DNA from: Ionaspis alba
Taxonomy: Eukaryota
Length of the DNA: 63,934 bases
NCBI GenBank assembly: GCA_964255285.1
Contig: CAXUUL010000019.1
Location: 1 to 63,934 of the forward strand
Direction of reading: 5' to 3'
The translations under genes and the position numbers were made by a program. The notes below the pieces were generated by a model. That model was given only the letters and a program-made list of their open reading frames with translations. It made no database searches and was not told where the DNA came from. Position 1 is the stretch's first letter. Each line of letters begins with the position of its first letter. Below, in pieces: positions 1 through 13,014 of the stretch.

Positions 1-1725
1 TGTGATATGGAGCCTGGAATTGTTTCCTGGCATCGCGGTCGGAATAACTTCGGTATCATTGAAAGGGTCAGCCCTAGCGCTTATGTCTCAAAAAACCTTC
101 ATAAAATCTATTGTCTTCATGTGAGACTGCATCAGAGGCCATCATTGATACCTAGTTTCTATACTTTTGGTATCACTTACTGTATCGAATACTGTCATCA
201 AGTCTTCCTGAGGAAAGGAACTTCGAATGGCTTTAGACGTCCTGAATGGGTCTTGATTTCTCTGTTGTTACAACAAACATTTTTAAGCGAGGAGCAGATT
301 GAACTGGAGGGATTTCAGCTCCCGCGTTCTCAGTGCTTTGCTCTTGATGTTTTATGCCCATAACTTTGCGAACCTGCTCATTGAGACATCCGACCTACTC
401 ATTCTCCACCAATGGTCATGAAAACACCGACATGTTTGCCAGTCAAAAGGAGAGGGGCGCCTCCAGGATGAGATATGCCTGAGCAAGCAACCAGAGGTCT
501 CGTTGTCTCCAGAGAAGTCCAAATATGCTGCCCAGTCCCGAGAGGATTAGAAGATGTATGCTGACTGCGCCTAAAACTGCTCTCGAGCTCCGGCATGAAC
601 TCTTCGCGCGCTGACGCCTTTCTTGGCAATTTGTGTTGTGACTTCGGATACCATATCCGCAGCTGCCAGACCGTATTTCTCTGCGTCACGAACTGTCCAC
701 CCCATGCTACAGCTCCTCATTTACTACCACCTCTAAGCCCCCCATTCTCTTCAATCAGATTTTCATATGCAGGCCATGCTGCCAAATTCCTAAATAATCA
801 CCGAACTAACTTTAAGGTTTTCGCCTACCCTGCGCCATGATCACCGTCTCTTCCTTCTGTTGTAATCGTAGGTCATATTCCTTTTACCACTGACGCCTAC
901 ACTCCTTCCCGATCTCACCCTTTCTGTAGCGTTGCCCTCAGCAACCTATCTTTGGTTGAATATGGCCACAAAGTTGCTAAAGTGCGGGACTCCCCAAAAC
1001 CGACTCTTCTAGGCGAGCCAGACCGACAACATGTCCCCCCTGCAGCCCCTACTTGCAGACGGCAATTGCCAGCTTTGACTGTACATGGAGGCCGGAAGTG
1101 AGGTATGGGTTTTGAAGCGAGAGATTAAGAACGTGGCGCACGAGATACTAGTAAGGTGTAACGAGACTGAAACGCTCAGAGGATGGGATGGCTTGAATGG
1201 CGTGGACCGTGAAAGGATCTGGTTCAGCTTAAGCCGATGGAGCCGAGGATCGGCGTTCATCTGCGCAGGACTATCACGGTGAAGGGGGATACCGACTCGA
1301 GTATGAGCGCTGAGAGAACTGAGAGATGGAACGTACTTTGGACGATGAGGCGCTACGGTGAGCATAGTCTATTCCGGCCTTGTCGCGACCTGAACTCAGG
1401 CGTAAATGATACCTAATCGGTACAACGAACTCGGAGCACTTGCGTCTGCAAGGAATTTGATGACACAGATAAGGTGTTGGCAACGGGTTGAATATCATAG
1501 TGACCGACCTAGATATGCTGGCATCCACTGTTGACATTGGAAGATTTGGATCCCGAGGAATTATCTTGAGGTAAGAAATCAATTCAAGAACTATGGTACA
1601 ATCAATTTCTTGTTTCAACTCTGGTATCAATCGATGCCGTCCTCCCCTCCAGATCCGTTACTCCATTAATGCTGGAGCTCCATGAACATAAACAAGCAAG
1701 AAAGGAGGCAACACACTGCCGAAAT

Positions 1726-4067
1726 CTAGACGCCGCTGCGATGCACTTGTCCACCTCCATTTCGAATCTGGATTGTCTCCCTCCTCTGAAGCACCACTAA
1801 TGCTCGGTTGAGGGCCTGCTCACTATAGCCTCGCCCATCGACGAACTCCCGCTTCAACGTTGCTAGGCTGGTACTCCAGCCAATTGGTAATCGTCTCCTC
1901 AGTTCTTCCTCAACCTTGTTGACCTCATCCATCAGTTCCTTACTACCTTGGCCCTCGCCTTGCGTGACAGCATCCATGGTAGAAGCCAAGAAGAGACGGA
2001 TCGCCTCGTCTACATGGGATTCCGTAGCGATAGGAGAGAGTGAGAGTTTGGCAAGTGACTCAGTGATGCGGATGATGGCTTCCAATTGACGCACGGTGAT
2101 CGGTATAGAAGAGCGTGCATTTGCAGAGATTTCGGCACTGTGCACTTGGCGCCGGATCGAGACGAAGTGAGAGGAGAGCTTTTCAGCGGCTTCCGGCGCG
2201 AGGCGAGGTGCGCAGCGTCTATGACCCACTAATTAGGCATTGCTGAAGAAGATTGTGATCATCAGGGAAGCGGTGGGAAGGGAGCCTTACGATTTACAGT
2301 AGCTTATGTAACGTTTCATCTTCTCTACAGGAATCTCAGCTTCGACTTGGTCCTCCAAGCCTCGACCACCCATGTGAATACCCATGACGTGCTTCGCTAT
2401 CCGCTCATCACGGCCTCTCTCGTGTTCGTCACGAACGATGAAGATCATGTCGAACCGGGAGAGGATGGTAGTTTGAAAATCGATGTTCTCACCAGGCGAC
2501 TTAAGATCATCGTATCGCCCAAAAATAGGATTTGCTGCCGCGAGGACAGACGTTCGAGCGTTGAGAATAGTGGTGATTCCGGCTTTGGCAATAGAGATTG
2601 TTTGTTGTTCCATAGCTTCGTGAATTGCTACTCGGTCCTCGTCGCGCATTTTGTCAAATTCATCGATACAGACCACGCCGCCATCGGCCAACACCATCGC
2701 TCCTCCTTCGAGATAGAATTCTCGGGTAGTGGTGTCTCTTTGGACAGATGCTGTAAGACCGGCGGCGGAAGAACCTTTTCCTGAAGTGTAGATAGCGATC
2801 GGGGCAACCTTTTCTACGAACTTCAAGAGCTGCGATTTTGCGGTTCCCGGATCTCCCAGAAGAAGAACGTTTATATCACCACGTAGTTTCATACCATCTG
2901 GTAGTATCTTCTTCGAGCCTCCTAGCAGCAGACAGGCAATGGCTTTCTTGATATCTCGATTTCCGTAAATCGACGGCGCAATACAATCTGCAAAGACCTG
3001 GTATAGATCAGGTCTTCTGCTCATCTCTAAGAACTCTTGTTCTTCTTCTTCTGAAAATACAGCATTGCCTTTTGCGGTATGATTGACGTCACTCGAAATA
3101 CCAACAGCACGTAGATAGGGGTTCCTGATAGCGACAGCGGAGTTGTTGGAGCCTTTGGCGCCGTTCTTTGCGTAAATCGAAAAAACGCCCATTATGGTAC
3201 ATCTTGATCCGGGAACAACTCGATTGGTAAGATATCTGTCCGCAGAGATCAAAATGTGTCTCGGCAGTTCTCCGATAGGAACTTGGTCGGGGGCTTCTTG
3301 TAATTTCAGAACTTGTTGGTCAATGAACTGGCATTTTTCATGGACTACGAAATATGGGTCCATAGGACAATTATCAGACGGATCTCCAGGCTGCCTTGGT
3401 CGTGAACACACTCGTGGCAGAGTCACACCCGTGAAGCCTCCGGTAACTGGTAGCGTCTCCGAATGCTGGCAATTCCGACACTGTATGTTGAGAGCCGTAG
3501 CTTTTGAGGACAGAGTCGACGCGCCAATCACTATGCCAGGTATCCGAACTAAGTGTGAAATACTCAGCGCGTCAAGATCTCGTATAGAGGTTTGAGAGAC
3601 CGTTGAGTGAAGAAGAAGCTGATGTTCGGGCAGATTAAGATCATCTGCTTTTTGGGACGGGTAAACAATGCGATGCGTGCATTGCTTCAGGGCAGCCTCA
3701 AACTGATAGAAGTCAGTCAAAAGCCCCGCTTGTAAAGACAGACCGACTCACCAGAGGTATTATTTCGGCAGGTTCTGTATTGAGCTTGTTGGCCAGATCC
3801 TCGTCGTACGCAATGAGGTGAGCAGTATCGACATCACAAAAGTACCTCTTCACTAGAACGTTTTGACGTATCTGGTCTCTATAGCTTGTGTGAGAAGTGC
3901 GAAGTAGCAGGACAGTAAGAGCTGCCGTACCGGTATATGAAGGCATTATCAAGTCGGAATTCGAGGATAAACTCCCGGAGTTGGCTCTGGACTTGAAGCC
4001 GAGAATTTTGAGAAGTATCCAAGTCAATGGGCAGTACGGTCAGTGAGTATACCGACTGGCGATCCAT
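1726..4067 (-). CDS. MCM5: DNA replication licensing factor MCM5 (spliced, about 4 exons)
   Basis: N-terminus MDRQSVYS...[14 protein letters not shown]; Zn finger CRNC; Walker [13 protein letters not shown] box IDEFDKM; arginine finger [19 protein letters not shown] introns separate the ORF pieces. Confidence 0.97.
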
Positions 4068-4135
4068 GCTTGTCGTGGTAGTATTTGAACACGATATTGG
4101 GAGTCGAGAGTTCTTCTATGGTCGAGTAGAGTAGG

Positions 4136-4152
4136 ACGCGACCGAGACGCGA
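4136..4152. promoter_or_regulatory. Two MCB-like (ACGCGA) cell-cycle boxes in the MCM5/VPS54 divergent promoter
   Basis: ACGCGA at 4136 and 4147, about 70-85 bp upstream of the MCM5 ATG. MCB-type elements are typical of G1/S replication genes. Confidence 0.45.
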
Positions 4153-4432
4153 CGAGCGTGTAAAGTGGTTTTCTTCTGAATGGGGCCTAGTGTAAGTTTG
4201 TCGGACGTAGTGTTTCTCCAGTGCCCGGCGTTCCCAGTGGACAGCTTCTAGGAACGATTATTTGTGATAGAATGCAAGAGATAATAAGACTGTTCATTGG
4301 GACCTCAAGAGCAGTCTTTCGTCAAAGAACATCACATGTATCGTGGCCTAACATGATATGAGGGTGACATCGCGCAGATGCTCTGTCTTTGCATAGCGCT
4401 CCTCTCCCTATGCCTTCCACGCAGTTCACAGC

Positions 4433-7400
4433 ATGTCCTCCCCTACTCCAAGGTGGTCAGTCGAACATACCAGATCACCACAATCCAGCCCCTCCACAGG
4501 ACAGTATCCGTTTCCACAACATGAAACCTCAAATCGACCCGGATCGAGTCGGCAGTACCATTCTAGGCGGACTTCGAATGCAAGCTCCATCACATCAATC
4601 GGCGGAGTCCTGGAGACGGCGTCGCAGAGTCGAGGGCATTCGATAACAGAATTGGGGAATAACGGTGAGTCTGATTGTTCTGTTCAAAAGTCGTAATTGC
4701 TTAAGAGGATTGCTCAACCGCGGACAGCTATCTCAACATTACTACAACCACCAATTGTTCGAACTGGGCTTCTTCCCCATATCTCAGGCCAAAGCGCACA
4801 CAAACCCCCTTCAACACGAGATATACCACCGGTCACATTGACAAATATACCCCATGTCGAGTCCTCCGCGTTCAAGCCCTATCTTGCACAGGTCGGGTCT
4901 TTGTACGATGCCTTTCGACGGGCTAAAGATGGCAATGATGACAGGAGACCGCAATCGAGTCGAAGAAATTCAAAGGGAGATAATCTAGCACCCGAGGCAT
5001 TGATACATGGATTACAGAGGCGTCCTTCACAAACACCTGTCCTATCGAGATCTGAATCTCCCATGCCGACTTTGGGCTCACCATCAGAGACACCTCAACC
5101 GAGACGGAGGAGCACTGGAAGTAATCCCCGAAGAGCTGGTCTCGCAGTTGCTCCATTGTCTACGATTCCTAATGTTTATTTCGAAGAAGACTTTCGTCTG
5201 GAGAATCCAAGGACCTTTGATATTGTCAGCGAACGATCAGAAATAGCTCGACCATTGTCAGGCGTGAATGGCGCAGCGGTTGCACTAGGATCTACTGGGA
5301 AGAAGGTCTTGGCGACCAACGCCATTTTACAGGAAAAATTATCGTGGTACATGGACACAGTTGAGATCCATCTAATATCTTCAATCTCCACAGCTTCAAC
5401 CTCGTTCTTTGCGGCTCTCGGCTCGCTGAGGGATTTGCATTCCGAAGCAGCTCAGTCTGTCGCCAAGATTCAATCTCTAAGGAGCGACCTTGCAAAGCTC
5501 GATCAGGAGATGGCAGAAGGAGGACTAAAGATTGTTGCTATGAGAAAGAGAAGGGAGAATATCGGGGCCCTTAGTGACGCTGTGCAGCAGCTGCAGCAAA
5601 TCGTGTCGGCTCTATCTCGTTGCGAGGAACAGGTTGACAAGGGGGAGGTTGAAGTAGCGCTGAGGGGTCTAGGGAACCTGGAGTTACTAATCGCTGGGGA
5701 CTCCCCAGGCCCAATGCTTTCCAATTCTGCACCTTTACAGACGCAGCAGAGGTCCTGTTTGATCGATCTTCGTGGTCTAAAAGCACTAGAAGGGGTCGAA
5801 AGTGATATCAGATATCTACGGCAACGAATAGGGAAGTCCTTCGAGGCAAGGTTCCTCGACACACTATTAGGTGACATCAGACAGCACACGATCAGTGTAC
5901 CGTCTAACTCTACATTTCAACGCTGGGGCAAGGCGTCAAGTCGATTTCGCGGTACCCACGTGCGCACGCCGTCGGATTTCCCTGCATATATCCATGTTGA
6001 CGGAGACTTTCGGAACGCTTTGCTTGCTCAATTGAAAGGTTTAGCTCGATCTGACTCCATCATGCAAGCAGCTATGGCATACCGTGAGGCCATCTTGCGA
6101 GAGTTTAAGAATCTGATAAGAAAACATCTCCCTAGCTCTAGCGACGATGATATCGAGTCAACGACGTCGACTGCCACTCAGAGCAGTCGTCATGTATCCC
6201 AGCAAGAAAAGTCATCTATCCTTGCGAGAAATCTAAGGAATCTGGAGGCCGAAGACGCAGAGGAGATGTTCCAAAAGATGTACTCAAACATCGGTGAAGC
6301 CCTTCGAAGACTAGGGACGCAGGTCAAAGTTCTTCTCGATATCACAAGCAGCTTGGGCAATCCTCATCCTGTGGCATCTCTGAAGTCCCCCTCAAGGAGT
6401 CCTATGCTTTCCTCCCTAAGTGACTTTGCAAATCCGGAACCAAGTCCGGGTCCAGCTCCGTCATTAATTAGACAAGAGGAAATACAACAGGCCCTAGACC
6501 TATCCAGTCTTCTTGGTCAAGCAGTCGACATTGCTCAAGCTCAAATTACGAAGGTCTTGAAGGTGCGCTCGGAACAGAGTACTCGCCTGCCTCTGACTCG
6601 TTTCCTGCGTTACTTCACTCTAAACAAGTTGTTTGCAGATGAATGTGAGGCTGTATCTGGTCGCGGAGGCAACGCTCTTAAGACTGTGGTCAACGAACAC
6701 ATCAAGCTCTTCGTGAGCTACGTCTCAGAATCGGAAAGACAACAACTTTTGCAAAGCATGGACGAGGATCGCTGGGACGCCAAGGACTTCACGGACATTG
6801 ACTCTAAACGGCTTGAGCTGATTGTAGATGCCAGTACGAAAGAAGTCGCTGAATGGGCAAAAAGCTATATGATATGGGAAAACACTGCGATTACCAACGG
6901 CCAGCCTTCATCTAATTATCAAGCTCTACTTGATGCTCAAATCTCAACCAACACTCAAGTCATTAACAATGGTCAAGCTTCGTCAAATGGTCCCGTGGTC
7001 AACGGCACACAGAACACCAAAGACAAGATTCGTCCTGCAATTATAGATGAACAGAAGCATTTGCTACCTGAATCCGCAATGGCAGTCGCTAGAGGGATTG
7101 AGTCTTTTGAACTTCTTCTGACAGGCATTCCAAGCATGGCCCAAGAAACATCAAGTTCTCTGCTTGATTACTTGAAACTTTTCAATTCGAGATCCTCGCA
7201 ATTGATCTTGGGTGCTGGTGCAACCAAAAGTGCCGGTCTTAAAAATATTACAGCCAAGCACTTAGCTTTATCGTCCCAAGCTCTCAGCTTCGTCATTACT
7301 CTGATACCCTATATCCGAGAATGTGTTCGAAGACATGCATCCAATTCAGGCAACCTTATGATTGAGTTCGACAGGGTCAAGCGTTTGTTGCAAGAACACC

Positions 7401-7883
7401 AGTCTGGAATTCACGATAAGCTGGTTGATATATTGACCGGTCGGGCCTCGGCACACATTAGCACCATGAAGCGGATCGACTGGGACAAGTCATCGTCTGG
7501 ATCAGCGGTCAATACCTATATGGAGACTCTGATTAAGGAAACAACGACGTTACACAGAGTATTGAGCAAACATCTGCCAGAGATGACCGTGCACATGATC
7601 ATGCAGCAGGTGCTTGCAAACTACAAAGAGCAATGGGGAACAGCCTTGGACGATGTGGTGGTGAAGACCCCAGCCGGCAAGATGAGGTATGGCCATCTAA
7701 AGGTAACTTCCCCACTGGTTTACGAAGCTGACTTACAATAGTCTCCTGAGTGACATTCGTTACTTCCACGAGCGTATCCCCAAAGTCGAAGGCTCTGCTG
7801 TGATTGGTGATTATCTTCTAAGCGTAGTTCTCAAAAAGCAGGTCGAGGAGCCCGAAAAAGGTGGCTTGGGTGATGCATCTTAG
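4433..7883 (+). CDS. VPS54: GARP complex subunit Vps54 (3 exons)
   Basis: AISTLLQPPIVRTG, FEEDFRLENPRTF, LQEKLSWYMDTVEIHL, FNSRSSQLILGAGA...AGLKNITAKHLAL. Introns at about 4665-4726 and 7687-7741; stop TAG at 7881-7883. Confidence 0.95.
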
Positions 7884-8648
7884 CCTGGTGAATCAGGTTT
7901 ACTTTCTTTGAAACAACTAGAAAGGTCGTAAAGAGACCTCTAGAAGCTAGGAGTCAAAATATGACTTCAAAGTCGCTGTATGTGTGCCACTGTATGCATC
8001 TTATCGTTAGCCTTTTTTTTTCCCTTTGGCAAACGGCGCCTGACGCATTAGCAAGGCGTTCTCGACGAAAGAAAAGGGGGCCATGCGTTGTGGGAGCTCG
8101 GCTCTCATACAATATACAGACAATTCTTGATAGGGAAAGAGACCACCGTCCACGTTATTTGTCTCGATGTTGTCTTGAGTCACGTGTATGGAACAATTGC
8201 GCCACTTCGCTTCTATATGCGGCGTCCAAGGACCAAATCACATTCTCCGTACCTTCCCCTTCGCTTTTGAAACACTTTCCGACCCGTCTTGCACCGTGGC
8301 AGAACAATCCATTTTGACCGCTGTTTCACATGAGTTGCTATAGATGTCAGAACAAGCTCCGCTGATGCTGCACTCCAGGCCGGTCATGTTCAGATAGGAT
8401 AATGTTCAATTACAATATTTCAATAATAAGAGCAAGAGCCGTTAATCGTACTAGAAGGAGTATCTGTGCTTGATGGGTATGCCATCAATATTCAAGGACC
8501 ACAAGCGCTGCGGGACTCGAAACAACAGGCCAGACAAGTAGCCGTACCAAAGGACAGTACATTAGCTTTTCCGTTTCAGTCATTCATTTCATCCCAATAG
8601 ATCTCGTATCTCATCCCGACATTCAGTGGATCCACTGATCAGCTCCAC

Positions 8649-9741
8649 TCACTTACTCCGCTTGTAAATCTTCCCTAAAAAGCTCTCAAAAATCTCTTTC
8701 TTCAATCCCTCGCCTTCATCAACCTTCTCGATCATCGCTCTGATCTCCGCAACCTTCGTCTCCTCGTACTCCTCATACACTTTCTTCAACTCGAGCTCCT
8801 CATACACAGCCTTGACCTTCGTTTCCATCTCCTTATCCTTCCGCCCATAGTTCTCATCCAGCACTTTCCGCTGCGCGGGCGAGGCCCGTGCTAGCGCCTG
8901 GTTGATGAGCCAAGAACATTTGTTGTCCTGGATGTCGGTACCAATCTTGCCAAGGACTTCGGGTGGGGCGTGGGCGTCGAGGTAGTCGTCTTGAGCTTGG
9001 AAGTACTCGCCCAGCGGGATGAGGATGTTCTCCGCCTGCTTCAGGTTGTTGGGCGTGGCGAGCTCAAGGTAGTAGAGAGCGAGGGCTACAGGGAGGTAAA
9101 AGCTGTAGTAGGCAGTCTTGTAGGTGACGATGAAATGGAACTTCTGCAAGCTAAAGTTCGCCAAGTCGACGTGGTCTTCGGGCGCGGTGATCAGATCACA
9201 GAGCTGGCCGACCTCCGTCTTGAACGCAATCTCGTGGAATAGCTCCACGAGATCAATGTAAGCGGGGTGTGTGCGGAAGTGCTGTTTCAGAAGGAGGTAT
9301 ATGCAGCTTTCGAGCATGAAGGCGTCATTGATGGCAATGGTGGAGACGTCAGGGAGCCGGAACCAGCAGGGCTGACCGCGACGGGTGTGAGAGCTGTCCA
9401 TGATGTCGTCGGAGACAAGGAAGAAGGCTTGAAGGAGCTCTGTCAGCCAGCCTAGGGTTGCGGTGTCCCTGAATTGGGAGTCGGAAAGAGGGTTGGAGAG
9501 GAGGATCGAGGCGGTGTCAGGGACAGAGAGACCGCGGTTGCATTTTCCACCGAGGGTGTTGTAATTGAGAGACTTTAAGAATCGTGTCAGCGAGTAGCAT
9601 ACGAGCGACTGGGCCTTCTGTTTCTACCTTTTGGAACCACTCGAGAGCGGCTGTGGGAAGATTGTATTGCTTTGCATGGTTTGAGAGGTCGTCAACAAGG
9701 GAGGGGAACACGGATTCAAACTCTTTTAGAGAATAGGGCAT
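8649..9741 (-). CDS. ERG20: Farnesyl pyrophosphate synthase
   Basis: GGKCNRG, first Asp-rich motif DDIMD...RRGQPCW, KTAYYSF, second motif [21 protein letters not shown]-terminal KIYKRSK; one intron near the 5' end. Confidence 0.97.
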
Positions 9742-10410
9742 CTTGAAAAGGCCGTCAATGGACTGGTAATGACAGTGGGTAAAGAATTAGAATGTCTTGA
9801 TATTCAATTCCTAGAAGCGGTGTAGTGAAAGATAGCCGATGTAACGCTGAATAATTTGACAGCATGACGGCAGCCACGATAGCCCGTGACTTGTCCCCGT
9901 TGACTATCGAGTAAGCGAGCTCATCGTGGCAGGTAAAGCGAGAAACGGGGTTCAGCGATACCATATGGTTCATGATTGATGGTGTGAGAAGGCATGTCCT
10001 ACTCGCTGGCAATTTGTATAGAATAATCGACATGGTTATTATGTATGCGAGCATCACATTTATTGCGTCTGCACTGGAACCAAAGCCACTCATGGAAGTG
10101 TTATTCTGTGAAGAATGCTAGAGATATATGGATCATAAAGATTGTTTATCATCGCGATTGTATTTGGAAGAGGCCGCAGGCCAAATACGGCAGTCACTAT
10201 CTATCGCACAATATTATCACCCTGCTTAGCTTGTGAGCATTTTCGCCGCACAGCTACCGTGATCCAGGGTGCCATGTCCATGTTACAAGCATAAACAAAG
10301 GCCACATACAGATCTGTCAGGAGGTGAGCCCGCTCGATCTCGGCCAACAGAATCATTCTTGACCAGCAAGTATCCCTCGCTAGCGGTTTTCTTGTTGTGT
10401 GATCCGACGA

Positions 10411-11670
10411 TCAAGTCAAGGGGATCTCGATGTGCATGTTGAGCTCTAGGACGCCGTCCGGAGCGTTGACGAAAAGTAGGTGATGCAGCGGTTCCCCATC
10501 ATCGTCTTTGGCATTCCTCTTCATATCGACCGCTCGCAACCCGTATGTGGAAGGAACCCAGTCACAACCCGCTTTCATTAACTTGAGTGGATCGCGGTGT
10601 AACTGGATATATTCCAGGCCACGATAGTTCGTGGCACGGTATCTGGGATCTATACGCCAACCATCGCCGAACGGACCGGAGTCGTCGGTGTTGTCACTTG
10701 CATCTTGTTCGTCGTCTGAATCGTCGTCTGAATCGTCGTCGTCTGAACGTATGTCATCTGAACGTTCGTCGTCTGAACCGCCGTTGTCATCGGAATCGTC
10801 GTCGTCGGAGCTGTTGTTGTCGGAACCGCTGTCGTCGGAGTCGCTGTCGCTGGTATTGCTGCTGTCAAAAGCAGGATCATGTTCACCATATCTGTCTACC
10901 AACCCCATTCTATTCCACCAATTGTTAAAATCTATACAAGCCAACCGAACAGGCAGATTTTTCTCCTTTCTCTCTGGTTCCCTTTGGAAGAAAGCAATCC
11001 TCGCGCAGTCTTCGGCTATGTCGTCGCAGTGGTTCCAATACCCGGTTATCCCTTCATCTTCTGAGCCATCATGATTTATTCCTTCTTCCAGTACTGCACC
11101 GGAGATGCTGCTGACATGATACTTTGGTGGATTCTCGCAAGGACCCCGGTACTCCCACGATCCAGGAATGTAGTAAGGAGTCAGGTGTTTCTTCCACGTT
11201 CCTGGCAAAGCCACTGGGACATCAGGGTTCGCAACGACAGTCTCGCCATTTGTATTGTGGCGCAGCTGACTTGGATGGTAGACGACGACCATCACCTTGA
11301 CTCGGTATTCTGCACCGTCCAAGATGGTCGTGTGTCGACCAGGGACAACGATAAGCTTACGGCATTGCTTGTTCCACCTCCTATCACCTACCTTCTTCCC
11401 ACGCATGACTCGATAGACCTCGCTAAGTCGGGACGACACCAAAACCACGTGGTAGCCCTCTTTCAGGACTCGGTCGATATATGCTGTCGACTTGAGGATC
11501 TCTCGGTCAACACTCATAAAGCGTTTCTTTTCGCTTTCAGTCATGCCGTAACCAATCACGGGTAGAAACCGGTGAAGGTCTGATGGATTGAGCATGGACA
11601 TAAGCCCATATTGAAATTCCGGTATCGTGCGAAACAGAGCAGATATTTTTGGAGTAGTGATTGAGCCCAT
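10411..11670 (-). CDS. Hypothetical intronless 419-aa protein with an F-box-like N-terminus and a long Asp/Ser tract
   Basis: Uninterrupted ORF with ATG; TATA-like TATATA about 90 bp upstream; N-terminus IPEFQYGLMSMLNPSDLHRFL loosely resembles an F-box; roughly 65-aa D/S-rich repeat. Confidence 0.7.
   Translation of the reverse strand: MGSITTPKISALFRTIPEFQYGLMSMLNPSDLHRFLPVIGYGMTESEKKRFMSVDREILKSTAYIDRVLKEGYHVVLVSSRLSEVYRVMRGKKVGDRRWNKQCRKLIVVPGRHTTILDGAEYRVKVMVVVYHPSQLRHNTNGETVVANPDVPVALPGTWKKHLTPYYIPGSWEYRGPCENPPKYHVSSISGAVLEEGINHDGSEDEGITGYWNHCDDIAEDCARIAFFQREPERKEKNLPVRLACIDFNNWWNRMGLVDRYGEHDPAFDSSNTSDSDSDDSGSDNNSSDDDDSDDNGGSDDERSDDIRSDDDDSDDDSDDEQDASDNTDDSGPFGDGWRIDPRYRATNYRGLEYIQLHRDPLKLMKAGCDWVPSTYGLRAVDMKRNAKDDDGEPLHHLLFVNAPDGVLELNMHIEIPLT
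10680..10865 (-). repeat. Degenerate coding tandem repeat (TCGTCGTCTGAA-type units) encoding SDDD/DSD
   Basis: Repeated tcgtcgtctgaa and tcgtcggag units are visible on the + strand. Confidence 0.85.
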
Positions 11671-13014
11671 TTTTCGTATGCCTTGTGAGTGAGTAGTGAA
11701 CGATCAGATGAGCAGAAACTCTGAAGGTTCAAGGTTGATCTGAATTACGAGGTTCTACATATATACCTTACCCTTTGTCCGTCCATCTTGGTTTCCTTGT
11801 AACATGAAAGCCACTCCTGTCTGTGTACGGCAAAGAAAGGAAGGGATCGTTTCATTGTTTTATTTGAGACTTCATAACAACACCGTGCTACTCGTCACTC
11901 CTGACCCAGTGATTCGTAGCATAGAAGTTGGCTGATAGGCTAGCACAGCACAGAAGAAGAGGCAAGTAGGCCCGGGACAGGTGCCCTTTGTTGTCGTTAT
12001 GAGACATGGATTCGGGGCTCACAAGTAACAGGATGACCCCCGAACAAGAAAATCGGAATGCTGAACTTACTGATAGACGTATAGATTTCAGAGTGCCACG
12101 TTCTCAGTGCAAAATCAGATTCAGAAATTGTTCACCACCGCATAGTGCAGGAAGAGCCATTCGAGAATGTACAATGACTCGAATCGATTGTTGTCGCTAA
12201 AACCCCTCCATCAGTGTACTGTAATGCAATCCTTCTCTCCACAGCATAATGGAACTCCCCAGCACAAGCTAATAATTTAGGTAGTCTTGGAGTTTGATGA
12301 AACATATATAGGAGAGGGAACTCCTTTTTCCATTTTGCGTTGGTGGTAGATCTGTCGGTGCATCACTGACATCTCATCATCCGTGGACATCAGCCTCTGC
12401 CGTTGACAACGAACATGAACATACTCCAAGCAAATACTTGCAAAGAAACAACGCTATTAGATGTTCGAGCTGCTCGCTGCTTGTGTCAGGCATGGGACCC
12501 AACAAAGCCATATTCAGGCGTGTGCACGAAAAGCTGAACAACAATGAAACAGAGAATATCACATGATCAAGTATTATGCTACTCCAAGAGCGCTTTGAAC
12601 ACTTCGTGACCGCGTCGACGGTCGTTGGCACAAACCAAGTATATAGGGGAGGCACAATAATCAAGGTCATGTGGCAGACTTGGATCGGGCGCCGACTGTA
12701 ATATTACCAAGCTAGATTGATATTGGAAATCAAAACTTTCCTTGGCACAATGCTAGTATCTTACCGTTGTCACTATTGACTTCATGTCGCGTCTGATTAA
12801 ACACCGCTTTGTTATCCATACAGTAAAAAGAGCTTTCTGTACCTGCATTCCGGTGTAATACTCTTAAGTCCAGAGTACGAGCTTACAGCAATAATATTTG
12901 CATGTCTCCCAGCTATTGATTCTGCTTCCTGCAACTTGATCTGATTCGTTGACTCATGACTTTTGATTTGAAAACGAATTTCGCTCTTGATAAATTCTCG
13001 AGCTTTACTGAGAT

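Noticed and set aside
878..890. CCTTTTAC resembling U5 snRNA loop 1
   Set aside because: It lacks the invariant preceding G, a closing stem and an Sm site.
8649..9741. FPP synthase as the core of a terpene cluster
   Set aside because: It is a canonical housekeeping ERG20 with no terpene cyclase, P450 or transporter nearby.
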